The position numbers were made by a program, and so were the translations under genes. 29,122 bases of DNA. Origin: a virus. Location: IMG/VR virus record IMGVR_UViG_3300020156_000024; one strand, written 5' to 3'. The notes beneath the pieces are model-generated. The model ran no database searches. It was not told the origin of the DNA and worked only from the letters and a program-made list of their open reading frames with translations. Numbering within the stretch: the first letter of the stretch is position 1; the number at the start of each line of letters is the position of its first letter. This document shows positions 1 to 8,024 of this stretch, piece after piece.

Positions 1-177
1 CTCCTTGAGGGTGCCCTTCAAGATCAACTCTCAGGCGCTGGCTTGTTTACATAGGGTGACGGCCTGGCCGCGGTCCTGGGGAGGCGCGACCAGGCCGGGC
101 CCCGGCCCCCCACCAGCCGGCCGGGGAACGGAGCCGCCGATCGTGCCCCACGATCGGCGGCCCCTCGGGAGGCACGT

Positions 178-381
178 CTAGGCGCGGCCAGGCGGGCGGA
201 ACACGACCCGCAGCCGCCGCAAGGCTTGCTCGCGTCGGCGCCTGGTGATGAACGCTGCGGTCTGCAAGAAGGGCGCGCACCTCCCCGCGGTGATCCGCAG
301 GTGATGATGCAGGCGGCAGAACCCGCACAGTCCGTCCTCGTCGGCCGCGTGGGTGAGCAGTGTCTGCTCCATCGTGGTCAT
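178..381 (-). CDS. Small hypothetical protein with possible Zn-binding motif
   Basis: 67 aa, H...GLCGFC...RC motif; ATGA overlap with stop of upstream ORF (378-381). Confidence 0.6.
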   Translation of the reverse strand: MTTMEQTLLTHAADEDGLCGFCRLHHHLRITAGRCAPFLQTAAFITRRRREQALRRLRVVFRPPGRA

Positions 382-620
382 GCGGGCCCCGGTGTGGTGT
401 CCCGGAACGCGTCGTAGGCAGCGCGGAGCTGGATGACGGCCGTGTCGTCGGTGGGCGTGAACTTCGTCGGGAACAGCCGGTCGCTGCGGATGATCGCGAG
501 CGGCGTCGCCGAACCGGTGTCGATGCGGTTCAGCCAGATCGCCTCACCGATCATCTCGTTGGCGATCCTGTCGGCCTGGATCTCCATGCCGCGCCAGGGG
601 AAGGAGCCGAGGATCATCAC
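378..620 (-). CDS. Hypothetical protein (MMILGSFPWRG...)
   Basis: C-terminal part of ORF 378..866; AGGGAGG SD before GTG620/ATG617; coupled to neighbours. Confidence 0.65.
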   Translation of the reverse strand: MMILGSFPWRGMEIQADRIANEMIGEAIWLNRIDTGSATPLAIIRSDRLFPTKFTPTDDTAVIQLRAAYDAFRDTTPGPA

Positions 621-736
621 GATCCTCCCTTGCGGAGTCGCTTGCGGAATTCCTCGTCCTGCCACCTGCGCCAGTCCTCGAACGTCTCGGGCGTCCGGGA
701 TGGGCGGCGCAGGCGGGTGATGAGGCGGCGGATCAT
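617..736 (-). CDS. 39-aa basic peptide MIRRLITRLRRPSRTPETFEDWRRWQDEEFRKRLRKGGS
   Basis: Read by hand (below ORF-track cutoff); ATGA overlap at 733-736 and GTGA overlap at 617-620 fill the gap exactly. Confidence 0.55.
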   Translation of the reverse strand: MIRRLITRLRRPSRTPETFEDWRRWQDEEFRKRLRKGGS

Positions 737-1083
737 GACGCGCTCCAGCGCTCGGCGAGCCGCCGCTTGATGATGCCGGCCTGCTCGGTGAGCCAGTCCT
801 GGTTGTAGTCCTCAGCGGCCTCGGGGGTCCACGTGACGAGCGCTCTCTTTGTGCCGCCGTAGGCAACGGTCCCGGCGTCCATCGACCCGGCGTCGTCGAT
901 GAGGCGGATGTAGGCGTCGCCGTAGCTGCGTCGCCCGTAGACCTCGAAGCCGACGTCCTCGCGGCGGTACTTGCTGCGGAACTCGGTCGTCAGGGGGTAC
1001 ATGTCGGGGACCTCGGGCGGTGAAGCGCGGCGGCGCCGCGCTTGCCCTGGGGGCCCTTCGGTTCGTACTCTGGGTGCTGTCAT
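733..1083 (-). CDS. Hypothetical protein, first gene of operon divergent from XRE
   Basis: ATG1083 preceded by AGAGGTGGAG; MTAPRVRTEG...WSAS. Confidence 0.65.
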   Translation of the reverse strand: MTAPRVRTEGPPGQARRRRASPPEVPDMYPLTTEFRSKYRREDVGFEVYGRRSYGDAYIRLIDDAGSMDAGTVAYGGTKRALVTWTPEAAEDYNQDWLTEQAGIIKRRLAERWSAS

Positions 1084-1280
1084 CAGAGCTCCACCTCTGG
1101 TCGACGTGGGGCGTGACGCCGGCCAGATACCAAGCCGAACCGGCGTCACGCCGTATCTCAGCCGCTCGCCCATTTCTGTGGCGGCGGCCATATCTCGACG
1201 GTAGGACATCGAACGCTCTGCGTGAAGGATGCCTGCAACTTTCAATTTGATGCCATCAGGATGATGTGTCGTCCAAATAC

Positions 1281-1314
1281 TTGATTTCGCCGTGAAAGAT
1301 GTCAGACTGATGTG
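1281..1314 (+). promoter_or_regulatory. Possible leaderless promoter for XRE gene
   Basis: TTGATT-16-CAGACT, 6 nt before ATG1315, in AT-rich divergent intergenic region; no SD. Confidence 0.35.
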
Positions 1315-2148
1315 ATGTCCAGTTATCCTCGCCATCTCACGCGAGACCTTCTCGGCAAGCGGCTCAGGGAGTTCCGGCAAGCGGCCGGCATGAGCCTCGC
1401 CGAAGCGGCAGAGCAGACCGACATCTCCGAGGCCAAGCTCTCGAAGCTCGAGCGGGCCGTGAACAACGCCGTCAAACTCCCCGACATCTTCGCGTGCGCG
1501 AACGTCTACGGCATGTCGCCGGAGGAGACGACGCACATGATCGAGTTGGCGAAGGGCGCCGACTCACCGTCCTGGTTCCACCCGTACGACGTCCCGCGCG
1601 AGTTCGCCAACTTCCTCGAGCTGGAAGGCGCGGCCAGCACCCTCCACATCTACCAGCAGGAGTACATCGACGGCCTCTTCCAGACCGAGCGGTACGTCGC
1701 CGCGCTCCGCGAGGCCCGGCCCGACACCAAGGGCGGGCCGGACGACGGGCTCAGAATCGAGCGGCAAGAGGCCGTCCTGAACCGTCCGGAGCCGCCCTCG
1801 ATCGTGTACGTCACCGACGAAGCGGCGCTGCGGCGGGACGTAGGCGGCCCCGCGGCGATGCGCGATCAGGTAGACCACCTGGTTGCGATGGACGACCGCG
1901 ACCACATCAGCATCTACGTGATCCCGTTCGCGGCTGGCGCGCATCCTTCGATGGACGGCGCCTACCGACTCATGTACTTCGACGGAACGTTCCCCACGAC
2001 GGTCTATCTAGAATCACTCCACGGGAGCCACTACGAGAACGCCGAGAAAGACGTTCGGCAGTACGCGGCGGCCTTCCACAGAACGCGACAGCCAGCACTG
2101 GCTGTCCCGATCAAGGAGTTCATGGATGAAAACTACAAGCTGGCGTAA
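1315..2148 (+). CDS. XRE HTH / DUF5753 transcriptional regulator (Scr1-like)
   Basis: N-terminal LGKRLREFRQAAGMSLAEAA..KLSKLE HTH; C-terminal LELEGAAS..GLFQTERY..DEAALRR..IPFAAGAH..VYLESLHG typical of DUF5753. Confidence 0.92.
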   Translation: MSSYPRHLTRDLLGKRLREFRQAAGMSLAEAAEQTDISEAKLSKLERAVNNAVKLPDIFACANVYGMSPEETTHMIELAKGADSPSWFHPYDVPREFANFLELEGAASTLHIYQQEYIDGLFQTERYVAALREARPDTKGGPDDGLRIERQEAVLNRPEPPSIVYVTDEAALRRDVGGPAAMRDQVDHLVAMDDRDHISIYVIPFAAGAHPSMDGAYRLMYFDGTFPTTVYLESLHGSHYENAEKDVRQYAAAFHRTRQPALAVPIKEFMDENYKLA

Positions 2149-2305
2149 GTCCAGCAAAAGTGCCAATTCAGGCGACCAGAACTGTGTCGAGGCCCGCCGG
2201 GCCGAGACCACGTTCCAGGTCCGCGACTCGAAGCTCGGCGACGGTTCGCCGATCTTCAGCATCGACGCCGAGGAGTTCGAGAGGCTGTTGGGCGCCGTCC
2301 GGTAG
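2126..2305 (+). CDS. DUF397 domain protein (59 aa)
   Basis: Hand translation MKTTSWRKSSKSANSGDQNCVEARRAETTFQVRDSK...; WRKSS..CVE..VRDSK signature; overlaps XRE stop; absent from ORF track. Confidence 0.93.
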   Translation: MKTTSWRKSSKSANSGDQNCVEARRAETTFQVRDSKLGDGSPIFSIDAEEFERLLGAVR

Positions 2306-2370
2306 TGACCTCTGACCCCATCAGCGGCAAACCGGACGACGCCACATCGGCTTGGTATCCCAAATAGAGT

Positions 2371-2409
2371 AGCGGCCTTCCCGACATTCCGGGGAGGCCG
2401 CTTCATTCT
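2371..2409 (+). terminator. Intrinsic terminator after DUF397
   Basis: AGCGGCCTTCCCG / CGGGGAGGCCGCT stem followed by TCATTCT. Confidence 0.6.
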
Positions 2410-2470
2410 GTGCCGGGGCGTCCGCAGGACCGGACCGTGCAGCCCGGCGGCGAGCCGCACAGTCCGGCCC

Positions 2471-2512
2471 GGTGTTGACAACTCCACAGGGCGACTGTAG
2501 ACTAGTCCACAT
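2471..2512 (+). promoter_or_regulatory. Strong leaderless sigma70-type promoter with two operator-like sites (copy 1)
   Basis: TTGACA(2475)-17-TAGACT(2498), 7 nt to ATG2511; near-identical to 3252-3292. Confidence 0.8.
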
Positions 2513-2858
2513 GACGATCTACAGGAGCACCGACGACACGGAGTACACCGTCTCGTACGACCAGGCCGGGTACTCCGAAGGCGACAACCCGGCTCACCAC
2601 TGGTCTGCGGCCACCCTCGATGGCGAGGTCGTCTCCGAGCTGTGGGTCCAGATCGAGGACGAGCACCACGAGGCCTCCGGCATCGACTTCCACGCCGGCC
2701 AGGTCATCCAGGTCGAGACCGAGCCGGCCTACCGCCGTGAAGGCATCGCCCGCCAGCTCTACGCCATCGCCTACGACCTCCTCGGCGGCCAGCTCCACCA
2801 CTCGCCCGAGGAGCACCGCACCCACGAGGGCAACGCCTGGGCTGAAGCCGTCGACTAG
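2511..2858 (+). CDS. GNAT-family acetyltransferase-like protein
   Basis: VIQVETEPAYRREGIARQLY acetyl-CoA binding motif A, followed by HSPEEHRTHEGNAW. Confidence 0.7.
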   Translation: MTIYRSTDDTEYTVSYDQAGYSEGDNPAHHWSAATLDGEVVSELWVQIEDEHHEASGIDFHAGQVIQVETEPAYRREGIARQLYAIAYDLLGGQLHHSPEEHRTHEGNAWAEAVD

Positions 2859-2885
2859 CACCTGCACATCACCTGAGAGGACACC

Positions 2886-3242
2886 ATGGACACCACTGAG
2901 ATGACCGCTTGGCTCGGCCCCGCCGCCAAGGAGATGAACCCCGATCAACAAGAGCGATTCGCACGCGCCTGGGACGAGGTCGGGAAGCGCTACTCCGATC
3001 GCAACGACGCGGGCCGGCGGGATGCCGCGCTCATCGCTGCCGTCCAGTATCTGCTCGGCGAGATGACTATCGATCGGGCAGGGGCCGAGCGCGAGGCGAC
3101 CCGGGATGCTGCGGCACTGGCGTCGGCCGCGGCGCAGCAGATGGCCGTGATGGCGGTGGAGGACGGGATGTCGGAGGTGGAGGCGGCGCGGCGCGCGCGG
3201 ATCGACCGGCGGTGGCTGCGGCGTTTGCAGGGCAAGGATTAG
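2886..3242 (+). CDS. Small protein with C-terminal HTH (putative repressor)
   Basis: GAGAGGA SD; C-terminal AVEDGMSEVEAARRARIDRRWLRRLQGK HTH pattern. Confidence 0.75.
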   Translation: MDTTEMTAWLGPAAKEMNPDQQERFARAWDEVGKRYSDRNDAGRRDAALIAAVQYLLGEMTIDRAGAEREATRDAAALASAAAQQMAVMAVEDGMSEVEAARRARIDRRWLRRLQGKD

Positions 3243-3251
3243 TGCCCCGGG

Positions 3252-3292
3252 GGTGTTGACAACTCCACAGGCGTCTGTAGACTAGTCCACAT
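3252..3292 (+). promoter_or_regulatory. Promoter/operator repeat (copy 2)
   Basis: TTGACA(3256)-16-TAGACT(3278); differs from copy 1 by one indel and one substitution. Confidence 0.75.
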
Positions 3293-3313
3293 CCCACCGT
3301 GAGGAGCCCCCAA

Positions 3314-3580
3314 ATGGCCAGCACCCCCGAACTCCGCACCGCGATCCAGAAGATCCTCGCCAACCACGGCGCCTGGATGACTCTCCGAACCCTCCGCGCC
3401 CGGTTCGGCCTGGCCATCACCCGCGACGCCCTCGACGCCGCGATCCTCGACCTGGTGCGCACTCACTCCCTCCGCCTCATCCCCGAGTCCAACCAGAAGA
3501 CCCTCACCGAGGCCGACCGGGCCGCCGCCATCACGATCGGCGGCAAGGCCCACCACGTCCTCCACTGCAACGACCGATAG
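3314..3580 (+). CDS. Hypothetical protein, possible winged-helix fold
   Basis: GAGGAG SD; 88 aa; strongly C-ending codons. Confidence 0.75.
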   Translation: MASTPELRTAIQKILANHGAWMTLRTLRARFGLAITRDALDAAILDLVRTHSLRLIPESNQKTLTEADRAAAITIGGKAHHVLHCNDR

Positions 3581-3587
3581 CCGACGG

Positions 3588-3607
3588 GGCCCCGGGAGAC
3601 CGGGGCC
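3588..3607. repeat. Intergenic hairpin repeat GGCCCCGG-N4-CCGGGGCC copy 1
   Basis: Loop GAGA; just after TAG at 3580. Confidence 0.75.
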
Positions 3608-3634
3608 TTAACCGTGCCCGGGGCACGGCGAAAC

Positions 3635-3670
3635 GCCCCCGCTCCGATTGGAGCGGGGCTTCTTCTTTTC
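3635..3670 (+). terminator. Intrinsic terminator between convergent genes
   Basis: CCCCGCTCC-gatt-GGAGCGGGG followed by CTTCTTCTTTTC. Confidence 0.75.
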
Positions 3671-3740
3671 TCAGGGGTGCCGGTGGCCGCGCAGACCCTT
3701 GACCACGCTCTCGTCGGGTACATGCTGCCCGGGGAGGGGG

Positions 3741-3950
3741 CTACACGGTCCGGTCGTCTTTTCCGCGCTGGTCCTTGATGGCTTTGATCGCCGCTTGGCG
3801 GAACACCCAGGTCTTGCCGACGAGTTGCCCGGGGATGCGGCCGGCGGCGGCACTCTTGACGATGGCTTGGCGGCTCACGCCGAGCTCTTCGGCGGCCTCG
3901 GTGGCGGAGAAAAGTGGCGGGATCTTGGGATCGGGGGTTGGCGTCGTCAT
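3741..3950 (-). CDS. Excisionase-like HTH DNA-binding protein
   Basis: LFSATEAAEELGVSRQAIVKSAAAGRIPGQLVGKTWVF: HTH_17/Xis-type pattern. Confidence 0.8.
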   Translation of the reverse strand: MTTPTPDPKIPPLFSATEAAEELGVSRQAIVKSAAAGRIPGQLVGKTWVFRQAAIKAIKDQRGKDDRTV

Positions 3951-4039
3951 GCGTTCACGGTACCTGAGTGGTTTCCAAATGACAACTACCTGGGGTGCAT
4001 CATCCGAACGGCTGAATCTGCATTGAACTGCTCTCTAGG

Positions 4040-4070
4040 GTTGTCAATTGACAACTTGATGGGTAGGCTT
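4040..4070 (+). promoter_or_regulatory. Promoter with perfect 16-bp palindrome over -35
   Basis: GTTGTCAATTGACAAC (4040-4055); TTGTCA-17-TAGGCT. Confidence 0.65.
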
Positions 4071-4099
4071 ATGGCATACCCACCGAGAGGAGCCCCCAG

Positions 4100-4441
4100 A
4101 TGGCCGCCACCGCCCCCACCAACCAGCGCACCGCCCTCGCCTGGGCCCGCCGCCAGCTCACCCGCCAGCTCCGCCCCTACGCCGCCGCGGCCCCCAGGAA
4201 CATCAACGGCCGGTACCGGGTCTCCTTCTGCCGCCACGAACGCGACGCCCGCAACATCGCCCGCGGCTACCTCAGCGACGACATCTTCGACAACTTCGGC
4301 GAGATCGAGTTGGACGGCAACTGGCCCCGCATTGCCGCGCAGCTGGTGTCCCTCGCCAACAACTACTTCCTTCAGGCCAGGGAAGGCAGCACGGAGCTGT
4401 TCACCTTCTACACCTGCGATACGTGCGACCACACCCGCTAG
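4100..4441 (+). CDS. Hypothetical protein
   Basis: GAGAGGAG SD; 113 aa; good codon bias; C-terminal CDTC. Confidence 0.75.
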   Translation: MAATAPTNQRTALAWARRQLTRQLRPYAAAAPRNINGRYRVSFCRHERDARNIARGYLSDDIFDNFGEIELDGNWPRIAAQLVSLANNYFLQAREGSTELFTFYTCDTCDHTR

Positions 4442-4448
4442 CCGCCAC

Positions 4449-4470
4449 GGGCCCCGGCAGACCGGGGCCC
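4449..4470. repeat. Intergenic hairpin repeat copy 2
   Basis: GGGCCCCGG-CAGA-CCGGGGCCC. Confidence 0.75.
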
Positions 4471-4489
4471 ACCCCCCGAGAGGAGCCCG

Positions 4490-4816
4490 ATGTCCACCAT
4501 CGAAACCCGCCATGAACTCGACGCCGCACTCGACTACCTCCCCGTCGCTGTCCGCGCCGCCGACCGCAACCCGGACAGCGAAATCCTGTGGGCGGAGGCC
4601 TATCACGCCCAGCGGGCCGTCATCGAGGCCGCCGACGCGCGGCTGCCCGAGTACCAGGCCGCCAGGGTGCAAGCCGCAGTCGGGAGCATCGCCGGCCTTG
4701 CCGTTCTCCGCGATGACCTCGCCGTCGTTGCTGGCGCCTACGGCGGCGAGTCCATGGCCACCCGCTCCGAGCGCGCCAAGTCCCGCATCCGTGCCCTCAT
4801 CGCCGCCCCCCGATAG
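4490..4816 (+). CDS. Hypothetical alpha-helical protein
   Basis: GAGAGGAG SD; 108 aa. Confidence 0.75.
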   Translation: MSTIETRHELDAALDYLPVAVRAADRNPDSEILWAEAYHAQRAVIEAADARLPEYQAARVQAAVGSIAGLAVLRDDLAVVAGAYGGESMATRSERAKSRIRALIAAPR

Positions 4817-4822
4817 CCAGCC

Positions 4823-4844
4823 GGGCCCCGGTCTCCCGGGGCCC
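4823..4844. repeat. Intergenic hairpin repeat copy 3
   Basis: GGGCCCCGG-TCTC-CCGGGGCCC. Confidence 0.75.
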
Positions 4845-4859
4845 ACCGAAAGGAACCCC

Positions 4860-5318
4860 ATGAGCATCGTCATCGTCGACATCGACGGCACCGTCGCCCT
4901 CAAAGGCGACCGCGTCGCCTACCACTACCACCTCGCCGACGCCGACCTTCCGAACCGGCCCGTGATCGCCACCGTCGAAGCCCTGGCCGCCGCAGGACAC
5001 CGCATCGTGTTCTTCAGCGGCCGAGAGAACGTGAACTTCGAGACGAACGAAGAGTTCGCCCCGCACGGCCGCACCGGCACCTGCTTCGACCTCACCACCG
5101 CGTGGATTGAAAAGCACATCAGCATCGGTGAGTTCGAGCTGTACATGCGCGCCGAGCACGACCACCGCAAGGACGCCATCGTGAAGCGGGAGATGTTCGA
5201 GACTCACGTGGCCGGCGAGGACATCCTCTGCGCCATCGACGACCGTGACCAGGTCGTGAAAATGTGGCGCGAGGAGCTCGGTCTCACCTGCCTCCAGGTG
5301 GCCTACGGCGACTTCTAG
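4860..5318 (+). CDS. HAD-superfamily phosphatase, polynucleotide kinase (PseT) 3'-phosphatase-type domain
   Basis: IVDIDGTVA, FFSGR, LYMR..DHRKDAIVK, IDDRDQVVKMWR..LQVAYGDF; AAAGGA SD. Confidence 0.88.
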   Translation: MSIVIVDIDGTVALKGDRVAYHYHLADADLPNRPVIATVEALAAAGHRIVFFSGRENVNFETNEEFAPHGRTGTCFDLTTAWIEKHISIGEFELYMRAEHDHRKDAIVKREMFETHVAGEDILCAIDDRDQVVKMWREELGLTCLQVAYGDF

Positions 5319-5336
5319 CCGCCCGCCTAGGCAGTC

Positions 5337-5368
5337 AGGGCCCCGTCCGTGGACGGGGCCCTTCGTCG
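5337..5368 (+). terminator. Probable terminator hairpin
   Basis: AGGGCCCCGTCC-gt-GGACGGGGCCCT then TCGT. Confidence 0.55.
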
Positions 5369-5404
5369 TGCCCGCGCTGAGCCGAATCGTCCGACAGATG
5401 CGTC

Positions 5405-5443
5405 TTGAAATCTGCATCCGCAGGATGTCATACTGTGTGACAT
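5405..5443 (+). promoter_or_regulatory. Putative promoter/operator of the transfer operon
   Basis: TTGAAA-18-CATACT; inverted repeat ATGTCA-N7-TGACAT over -10. Confidence 0.45.
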
Positions 5444-5533
5444 GCGTCCGATGTGAACCACGGACACGAACAAGGCCTCGTCCGGCGCTGCTACGCCATC
5501 CGAGGCCTCTCACCACCGATTGGAACGGACCCA

Positions 5534-6064
5534 ATGATGGATGAATCCACTGTACAGACGATCCCCGTTTCCTACTTCCTGACCACGACGAACCCGTCAG
5601 CGGGCGTGGAGGTCATGGTCCTGCATGCCGACACGGAAGTCCCCAAGCACTGGGTGGACGGCCGCAGTTACTTCACGGAAACGAACCACTGGCTGTACGA
5701 CGAGCAGAGCATCACCGCAGGCGGGTGGATCTGGAGCGGCTTCCGCTCCTACGCGATTGGCTGGCACTGCACCGGCCCGAGCACTGCCGAGCTGCTCCTG
5801 GAAGCGCGCGTCGACGAGCTCGAGGAGGAGATCGCGAACGAGAGGATCTTGCACGGCCTCACCCGGGAAGACGTGGCCGCCTGCGAGGCCGACATCGAAG
5901 CGCTCAAGGCCCGGCGCATCAAGATCCGAGGCTTCCTGCGCCGCTCCCGCAAGGCCACCGCCGCCGCCGAGGGCCGGTTCAGGGTCGCCCTCCAGGTGGC
6001 CTACGCCGGGTGGTCTGCCGCGATCCTCCTGGCGGCCTTCCTGGTTGAGTCGGTGATCCGATGA
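5534..6064 (+). CDS. Hypothetical coiled-coil protein with C-terminal TM helix
   Basis: ORF 5453..6064, probable start ATG5534; ATGA overlap with next gene. Confidence 0.65.
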   Translation: MMDESTVQTIPVSYFLTTTNPSAGVEVMVLHADTEVPKHWVDGRSYFTETNHWLYDEQSITAGGWIWSGFRSYAIGWHCTGPSTAELLLEARVDELEEEIANERILHGLTREDVAACEADIEALKARRIKIRGFLRRSRKATAAAEGRFRVALQVAYAGWSAAILLAAFLVESVIR

Positions 6065-7473
6065 TCGACGTGCGCGAGTCCGAGACCGCGCCGTCCGAGA
6101 CTGCCGCCAAGGCCGCGGCGAAGGTCACCCGGGTCGCTGGGACGACTGAGGCGCGCATCGCCGAGAAGGACGCCGATTCCGCGCGCCGCCTCCGTGAGCG
6201 CGAGGCTGAAGTCGAACTTAAGCGCCAAGAGGCCAAGCTCAAGCGCGAGCAGGCCACGGCGAAGGCCGACGCCAAGAGCACGCGGAAAGCTGCCGCCGCC
6301 AAGCGCCGGCAGGACCGACGCCGTGCCCGCGCCGAGCGCATCACCAAGGCCGTTACCCGCGTGCAGACCTTCATCGCGGGGAACGCGCCCGCGGTTTACT
6401 CCTCGGGCATCTACGCGATGGCGCTGTACGTCGCCGTGGCCGGGCAGATCAGCATGGCGACCGAGCGCGGCTGGCCGCTCGTCGTCGGTATCGGCATGGC
6501 CGTGTTCCTGGAGGGCCTGGCGCTGAGCATGGCGCTCACGGCGCATCAGCTACGACTCAAGGGCGAGCGGGCCCTCATCCCCGCAGCGATGACGTGGGTT
6601 GCGGCCGGATTCGCGTCGGCGATCAACGTGGTTGCGCACCGCGAGGATCCGGTCATGGCCGCGGTGCTCGGAGCCTCCAGCCTCGCGGCGATCATCGTCT
6701 GGGAGGTCCGCTCCGGCGCGAAGCACCGCGACGCCCTCCGGAAGCTCGGTCTCGTCCCGGACCCGCCGGAGCGGTTCGGGCTGCGCCGCTGGCTCCGGTT
6801 CCCCCGGTCAACGTTCCGGGCTTGGTCCCTGGACGTGCGCGACCGCGTGAGCGACGGTGCAGCCGTGCTCCTGGCCCGAGTCGAGACCGCTGTCCAGGAC
6901 GCCGCCGCCGCCTCCTCGGCGGAGTCCGCGGCCGCCGCGCTGGCAGCCGCGGTCGAGGCCGCCGAGACCGCCGCCCGGGAATCCGGCCGCGCCCGGGCCG
7001 CGGCTGCCGAAGCCCACCGGGCCGCGAGCCGGGCCGACGCGCCGAAGCGCGCGCGCTGGTCCCTGTTCAAGCGCAGCGCCGCGGCCGACGCGCCCGCGCC
7101 CGCCCCGGCCGAAGCGCCCGCGGTCCCGCCCGCGCCCGCGTCGAAGCCGGCCGCCGCGGCCAAGGCGCCCGTCCGCCCCGCGCCCACTGCGGCCCCGACG
7201 GAAGCCGACGGGGCGCCTGCACCGCGCCCGGCCGTGTCCGCCGTGAACTTCACCGTGGTCGAGGACGCCTTCGTGGAGCTGTTCGTGCAGAACGGCAAGC
7301 GCCCGGGGTCGCGTCTGATCGAGCGCGCCGTCAAGGGCGAGCCGGACGCGCCCCGCAAGACGGCGATCGGGGACTGGCTCTCGCGCAACCCCGACAGCAT
7401 CATCGACACGCTCACCGCCCGCGCCGAGGCCCGCCTCGCCGCCCGCGCCACGACGGAGGGACCGTCCGCATGA
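6061..7473 (+). CDS. DUF2637-like membrane protein (plasmid/AICE spread or transfer protein)
   Basis: Coiled coil, 4 TM segments, conserved PERFGLRRWLRFPRSTFRAW, Pro/Ala linker, C-terminal HTH-like region. Confidence 0.75.
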   Translation: MIDVRESETAPSETAAKAAAKVTRVAGTTEARIAEKDADSARRLREREAEVELKRQEAKLKREQATAKADAKSTRKAAAAKRRQDRRRARAERITKAVTRVQTFIAGNAPAVYSSGIYAMALYVAVAGQISMATERGWPLVVGIGMAVFLEGLALSMALTAHQLRLKGERALIPAAMTWVAAGFASAINVVAHREDPVMAAVLGASSLAAIIVWEVRSGAKHRDALRKLGLVPDPPERFGLRRWLRFPRSTFRAWSLDVRDRVSDGAAVLLARVETAVQDAAAASSAESAAAALAAAVEAAETAARESGRARAAAAEAHRAASRADAPKRARWSLFKRSAAADAPAPAPAEAPAVPPAPASKPAAAAKAPVRPAPTAAPTEADGAPAPRPAVSAVNFTVVEDAFVELFVQNGKRPGSRLIERAVKGEPDAPRKTAIGDWLSRNPDSIIDTLTARAEARLAARATTEGPSA

Positions 7474-8024
7474 CCGACCAGCCGCCCGCCGACGGCCGGG
7501 CGCCCGCACCGGGCGCCCGCTCGGCTCTGACCATCGACATCCCGCTTCCGCCCGCCCGCCCAGCCGTCGGCCGCGGCCGGGCGGGCGCGGACGCCCCGGT
7601 GTCCCGCCCGCCCGGCCCGGAGGCGCCGGGGGCCCGGCCGCCCGCCGTGTCGCCCGCGCCCGCACCCGTGGTGCGCCCGTCTCCCGCCGCCCGCCCGGCC
7701 CGCGACCGCCCGCCCGCATCGCGAGCGCCCGCGCCCGGCCTTAGCTATGAGGAGCCCACGATCGAGTGGCGGGCGATCAAGCCGCGGCCGGTCGCCGGGC
7801 ACCGCCCGGTGCGTCTGGCCCGCCCGGCTCCCGTCGGGCGGCACCTCGCCGTCGTCGGATTCGGCGCCGCCGGGCTCGGCCTCGCCGGATGGCTCGCCGG
7901 GCTCCTCTCCTCGACGCTCCCGTTCGTGCTCCTTGGCTGGGGCGCGAGCGGCACGATCGTGCTCCTCGTCGTCGTGCGCATCGGCCGCCGTATCGGCGAC
8001 GCGATCGGCGGTGGCTCCAAGTGA
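7470..8024 (+). CDS. Pro-rich protein with two C-terminal TM helices (Spd-like)
   Basis: GGAGGG SD, ATGA overlap at 7470; 3' part of ORF 6594..8024. Confidence 0.65.
   Translation: MTDQPPADGRAPAPGARSALTIDIPLPPARPAVGRGRAGADAPVSRPPGPEAPGARPPAVSPAPAPVVRPSPAARPARDRPPASRAPAPGLSYEEPTIEWRAIKPRPVAGHRPVRLARPAPVGRHLAVVGFGAAGLGLAGWLAGLLSSTLPFVLLGWGASGTIVLLVVVRIGRRIGDAIGGGSK

Noticed and set aside
24-38. CTGAGAG on the minus strand as a hammerhead ribozyme core
   Set aside because: Does not match CUGANGA and no GAAA core or flanking stems found
47-328. 93-aa minus-strand ORF
   Set aside because: Overlaps the better-supported 178..381 ORF; low complexity, no SD
2471-4844. Repeats as a CRISPR array or integron attC sites
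   Set aside because: Spacing is gene-sized and irregular; no cas or integron integrase; no attC R-box structure
3648-4859. N-terminal 404 aa of the 556-aa ORF
   Set aside because: Pro/Ser-rich off-frame read across other genes; the phosphatase has its own SD and ATG at 4860
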